A stretch of DNA of 60,603 nucleotides, counting the filler, from Platydemus manokwari (lineage: Eukaryota): the NCBI GenBank assembly GCA_037951405.1. It is 5 parts of 5 records of this genome, joined end to end, with 100 filler letters (N's around TTAATTAATTAA, not from the genome) between each part and the next. Parts side by side here need not be neighbours in the genome. Positions count along the whole stretch, not along the records: positions 48,264 to 60,603 come from JBBMOY010180007.1; 4 more parts are not named here. The stretch is one strand, 5' to 3'. The notes beneath the pieces were generated by a model that was given only the letters and a program-made list of their open reading frames with translations, searched no databases and was not told the DNA's origin. Position numbers and translations under genes: made by a program. Numbering within the stretch: the first letter of the stretch is position 1; the number at the start of each line of letters is the position of its first letter. Shown one piece after another: positions 55,026-60,603 of this stretch.

Positions 55026-55748
55026 TCATTGTAAATCATGTAAACTATGTTTCGTATAATAATTTTCACAACAAATAAAAATATTTTTCAATGTCGGAAT
55101 CGTTCTTGTTTGCATAAATTGCTGGAGATTTTCTTTCGTATTCAAATCATTTTCAATCGGTTGACTCTTAATAACGGATTCGACCAATTTCTCTTTGTAT
55201 GGTAAAAAATTCACTGCAACTTTAACACCCTTTCGAATCATCCAAGGATGATAAGGTGCCAATGCATCATCATAGGAATTGTTTATGATTCTTTTCAAAC
55301 TTGTATCATCATCTGGAAATTAAATCATAAACGATATCATAAATAATGCTAATTTGCCCTGCATTAATCCTTCAAAAACCATATAAAGAAATTTTAATGC
55401 CCGATGAAGTCTGAGGAATGTTCTACAACCACTGTCGTTTCGAGTTCTTAAAGAATCGTACTCTGTTAAAATCATTGATTGTAATGTTAGAAAATTTTCT
55501 GGGTCATTTTTAATCAATGCTTCTAAAATTCCAATTTTTGATTCTACATCTTGAACAATAAAAGTAAAAATTGAACCTAAACTCGTTAGAAATCTAAATA
55601 AGAAAATTTACGATTCTGAGATTTGGATATCGAAGTACCTAACAAGCTCCTTATAACCATCACAATACAACTGTATATTCACATCTGTTACTGATTCGTT
55701 TGTAATATATGCACCTTCAAATTTTAAAGTTAAACTATTAACATTCAT
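55026..55748 (-). CDS. CPTP: Ceramide-1-phosphate transfer protein (GLTP-fold)
   Basis: Exons 55748-55639, 55593-55358 and 55312-55026. Motifs LGSIFTFIVQDVESKI, SGCRTFLRLHRALKFL and LAPYHPWMIRKGV. The second intron is GC-AG. Confidence 0.9.
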
Positions 55749-58700
55749 TAAAATTATGAATCGCAGTTAAGTTAATTTAAAATAAAAAATAATACCAAAA
55801 TAAATCTTATATTTCAAAAATAAAACGAATGTAAAATCTTTGTAAGTTACTTAAACAAATGAAAATATGATAATAATGATGGTACATTATAATTTCCTTT
55901 TAAAGTATCATGATGTTTAAATTTTCTCGAAATATCTCCAATTAATTATTTCATAATTATTTATGGAATATTAATTTTATGATCATTTCTATGAAAACAA
56001 TAACATATTAAGATAAAAATAAGAATACAATCATAATAATATAAATTAAAATTAAAAAGAATAATTTAAAATTATATGTTAAATAACATTTGTGTTTACA
56101 AAATTTAATAATAAGCAAAGAATGAGTTTTAAAAAGCCGTTACTATAATAAACACTAACGAAAATAATACAAAAACACAATTTATAAGAAGCTTTTCATA
56201 GTGTGAAAATTAGAGTTCAATGGTCAATTAATTTCTTATTAAACCCCGACTTTTAATTTTCCAAACACAAATAAAACAAAGTTTATTTTCAGTATCTTTA
56301 ATCAATTATAAAATCACAACGTACTCTCGTTTTGAAACTAAGTAAAGCTTAAATATTTACAAATCAAATAAATATTGATATATTATATTACTAAGCTATT
56401 GGTTCTTCATCAATAATATATATTAGGGTTTTACGTACCCGACTTATACTTGATTAAATTCTTATTTAATAAGTCTGTTATCACTATCGTAAAGTTTGCA
56501 ATATTCTCAATTACAAATTCTTCAATGTTTGAAATTTCGCGTCGTTGATGACCAAATTTTTGATCTACTTATTTCGCAGTGGTCTGTGTTTAAAATGCGA
56601 TGCTTTTGAAAGTTCACAAATCTGTCTATCATTTTATGTTTCACTCATATTTCTTCTTAATGCTGTGACTCAATTTTAAACTTTATTTTGGTGCTATTTT
56701 GTTTGTTTAAAGAATTTGTATTGTTTATCTTCATTCTACATTATTTTCTTGTTTTTGGTTTGGATTTCACATAGATCTTATAAAGAATTTTTCTTGTCTT
56801 CATATTATTTATTTTTAAATTATTTTTGTTATTCATGCGTTTACAGTTTTATTTAATCAATATTATCATTATTGATGTTAATAATTTTCTGAATTTTCTT
56901 CACTCAAAGCACCAGTTTTATTTTTTCATTTTTATTACACTTAACAATGTTTTCTATTTCTACATTATCTACAGTTTGAATCAGTCTCTGGAGTTCCGTT
57001 AAGTCCCTTAGGTAGTAAGGTAACCTTACATTTTTTCATATTACGTACTTCAGCTCTTGTATAGAGGCAGTGGAAATACTTAGCTAATGTGTTTATTTTT
57101 ATTGTAAATACAGTCCCGAACCTCATTATAATTCATTTCACTCGGGTTCTCACTATTGTTTCTTAACTTATCAGTCTGGATGTTACTTAAACTTGATGAC
57201 ACAGAAAAAGTTTGTGGATGGCAATCAATGATCTGCGGTCCAAAATGTTGGGATGAATTTTACTACTCGATCAATAACCAAACAGCAGTTTCAAATATTT
57301 ATTGCTACTGACACTTATACAACTAGCAACAAATTAAAAAATTAATGCTAACGGAAAATCCCATATCAACATAAGGGGATATCTACCAATACACTATAAT
57401 GCAATTAATTACACGGTAATTATTGAAAGAAACGCTCTAGGTGACTTTACCAGTGAATAACCTTGTACTTACTAGGCATTTCAAATATAAACTTGGCCTC
57501 TTTATGGCACTAAAATGACTTTTATATACCAGAACCGTGAAAGTTAATTAAATAATCAAACTACACAAGCAGAAAGCTACTATCAGACATGTTTCTACAG
57601 TTAGTTTGTCAATGATCAACTAGTAATTGATTCCGTAAAGTGTGTTCCAGTGAATTTGTACAAATGTATGTCAAATTACTCAATGCCCCTTCTTTATGCA
57701 AAAGTTTTCCGTATCGAGATATTCTGTGTTATTTACTTAACTATACATGATATAATAATGTTTCTGTTATTTAAATTTCGAAGGATGACATTTCTTGATT
57801 AGTATGTTCTTGTTCTTTTTGATTATCTATTTGTGGCTGTTATATATATGATAGAAATGATATCAAAATTGTGAGAATGCGGACCTCGGTATAACACTAC
57901 CTCAAACCTTCACTTGGAGACTCGATAGAACTCTATCTCAGAGTCGTATTCTCATTAAATTATATTCAAACGCAAGTTCGACTCAAAAACAATATTATAT
58001 TGTATTTAAGATTTGACAGACATGCTATTGGGTACAAACTTACAATAGATAACAAAATAAATAGTACACAATATTTTTCCGAATTTTATTATGAGTCACT
58101 GAATCAAAAATTGTAAGATCCCAAAATAGAATTATAATAACATAAGAATAAAAACAAAATTATTAAGCTACAAAATATAACAACCATAGCATTTAGATAC
58201 TAAAAACAGTAAAATTAAATAACAATATTATAATGAAGCGAAAAACCAGAAGATAAAAATCATAACAGAATATTAGATAAATACTGAGCCGCCCTTAACA
58301 ATTTATACAGATATCGAGAATTGCGTTAATTCTCATTAGTAATTCAACCAGGATGACAATAAGTGTTGATAAACGAATTAATCATCTAGGTATTTAAACC
58401 CGGCGCTGAACAAGTTCTGGAAAAATTGTTCGAAAGGTAAAGAAAGGAGATTTAATTTGAAAGATTTGATTGAATTCACTGAAAAGGCCTCATCACAAAC
58501 ATTGTTATCACTACAATCGTTTGTCACAAGATTTTCTCGAGAATATTACATTCAACCCATCTTCCTTTACTTTCGTTATTTATGAGAAGATTGTGTCCTA
58601 AATTCAGAAACTTGTTAAACAATCAATAAGTTATTTTGATAAATTGTAAATTCATAGAAAGTTGAATTCTAATTTTTATCTTTTTAATAAACCACAAAAA

Positions 58701-58959
58701 TTCTACCATGGGCTAAGTTCAACTGGAAAATAAATAAATTGAAACTTGAGTGATTACGGTACTACTAGGTCTAATGATAGACAATCTACTTAACATAAAA
58801 GACTAAATGTAATAGTTTTCAACAAAAGTCCAATGTACAGAGGAAAAGGAACTCATCTGTTGCGTTGTCGTACAGTAAAATGAATTCTTTTTATTAAACA
58901 AAAACATCTTTTCGATTATTAATAAAGCCGAACAAAATGAAGGAGATTGATTGTTAAAA

Positions 58960-59319
58960 AATTATGTCTGCTTTAGAATAATCAATAATCACATCATATT
59001 TGCTTTTTAATTATCCCGCGATTTTTTCTCGTGTTCACACTTCTTGACCGGCCACTTTTTTTTCTTTTCTGCCAGTGTTCCGGTTGTTTTCCATTGTTTT
59101 GATACCTTGTAAACCAACGAAATTGAACATTTAAGTTTTTTCGCGATTACTGATGGCTTCATTTTTGATTGAATTAAGCTAACTATCGCTTCTCTGTGCG
59201 AAGAAATATTAACCATAGATGAGGTTTATAATGAAGAAATTTAAAATATCAATTTAAAATCGAAGATTAACTTTAAGCATACTTTTTTTAATTATTACAC
59301 GTACTTATCGGCCACCCTG
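58960..59319 (-). mobile_element. 5' fragment of a Tc1/mariner element
   Basis: TA|CAGGGTGGCC TIR start; HTH HREAIVSLIQSKMKPSVIAKKLKCSISLVYKV...TG, with frameshifted SGRSRSV. Confidence 0.8.
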
Positions 59320-60129
59320 TATAAACAGTGCTAAATCAGACAAATCCCGATAAAAGGCAAATATGTACATGTTTAGATCGAACGGTAGACATAATTGAGA
59401 GGTATGTACAGATTTTGAGTCCAGACATTCATTTAGATAATGAAAATATTTATTCTCTATTTGATATTCAAAATTATAACTATTTGAAGAAATCTAAGCA
59501 ATGTTTTATTGATTAAAATTCGAAAGATCACGATTTAATTTATAATTTATTTTCAGAAGGCTAGAAAATGATCAGTAAACTGAAATGTATTGATTGTTAT
59601 TTTATTATAGTTTTATAATTGGTCATTTAATGTTGAATAAAGGACTTCTTACCAACATTCCAACGGGTGCTACAAAAGTAAATTAATTTTCTATTGTTGA
59701 GTTAACAGATTTGATTGACAATTCGAAAAAAAACATAGGGTTACTGTATGGTTTTTCTTAGCTCTTATACTTAACTCTTTTATCTTACAAATATCAATTT
59801 TGATTAATATGACGTTGGGGTTCTCATTGGTTCTTCATTTTAAAAGATCAATTACGATAGATTTCATTAGGCTGAACGGATTTAGGGATTTATTGGAGTG
59901 TCTCTTGGGGCACAGCAAATTGATGGAATTATATTTAGTGATTCTTATGGTCTTTCAAACCACAGTAATTAATTAATCACAATACTTAGAATATCTGAGT
60001 TGATGTAGCTAATATAAGAGGCAGTAAATATTTTATCTTTTTTGTCTAATTTTATATATTTTTCTCACATTGGGTTATCCAGGACACGCTATTTAAATAA
60101 TGTACACTTTCTTTGGGAGCATCTGTAAA

Positions 60130-60603
60130 ATCTAAGAATGTGTAAATATTATATTTTCTCTCATAATTTCCAGTGAAAACTTCTAGTCAATCAGTATATT
60201 TAGACTCCATTTCCGTTGTTATTACTTTCTGTGACTAAAATATCCCGATTGTTTTGCTCCTCATGCTCCTTATTCATATCTATAAGCCTCAACAAATAAA
60301 TAAAGGTGTAGTTGGAGTAATGAACTGTTATTGAAATCCTAAAGCCTTATAAACCATTAACAAATCATTCAATAAATTGACATTTTCCTCATTCTTGTTT
60401 TTGAAAAAGATTGAATATGCTTTTCATTGTTACTCAATGTTGAAGATAAATTACGGTTCTTAATCAATTTCGTGATTTTAGGTCCAACATAAATGCCTTA
60501 TTTAAGTTTTACTTCATTAACAGTTGCTAATATTAGGCTGAGTCAAAAGTTATTCATGTTTTTTAGTTGTTTAAAGTTTTTGTTTTACCAAATCATTTAA
60601 ACA
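60130..60603 (-). mobile_element. Chapaev3-like (CMC superfamily) transposase C-terminal remnant
   Basis: KLK*GIYVGPKITKLI...NEKA...DLLMVYKALG...EHEEQNNRDI...QRKWS follows the pattern KLKEGIFVGPQIR...SDEHGERFHQDI...YQGKW. Confidence 0.65.

Noticed and set aside
55320-55322. Stop-codon reassignment or readthrough in CPTP
   Set aside because: Better explained by a 45-nt intron. Other genes end normally at TAA, TAG or TGA.
59800-59960. Possible LINE RT PQG motif on the minus strand
   Set aside because: Too degenerate to support.
1-60603. tRNA, rRNA or CRISPR arrays
   Set aside because: None recognisable by eye, and the sequence is eukaryotic. A covariance-model scan was not possible.

Overview
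Very AT-rich animal genomic DNA with mostly 45-60 nt spliceosomal introns and the standard genetic code. A planarian-like invertebrate is a guess only. The window is five contigs joined by artificial 100-bp spacers (N44-TTAATTAATTAA-N44), so adjacency across spacers is unproven. I reconstructed six host genes by hand: SSU72, TSPO, CHK2, the 3' end of DLAT, a quiver/sleepless-like Ly6 protein, and CPTP (which needs a GC-AG intron). Contig 1 starts with a decayed Polinton/adintovirus-type endogenous virus carrying protein-primed PolB, a fiber-like motif, adenain, penton, a parvovirus-type PLA2 and an rve integrase. A double-jelly-roll major capsid remnant lies on contig 3, fused to an LTR-like element. 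The remainder is decayed mobile DNA: Gypsy pol, solo LTRs, pogo, Tc1/mariner, a hAT MITE, Chapaev3, a possible Harbinger, RTE tails and microsatellites. The most unusual observation is a non-coding, GC-richer core of about 180 nt found in 4-6 diverged copies, whose hairpins are kept by compensatory and wobble changes.
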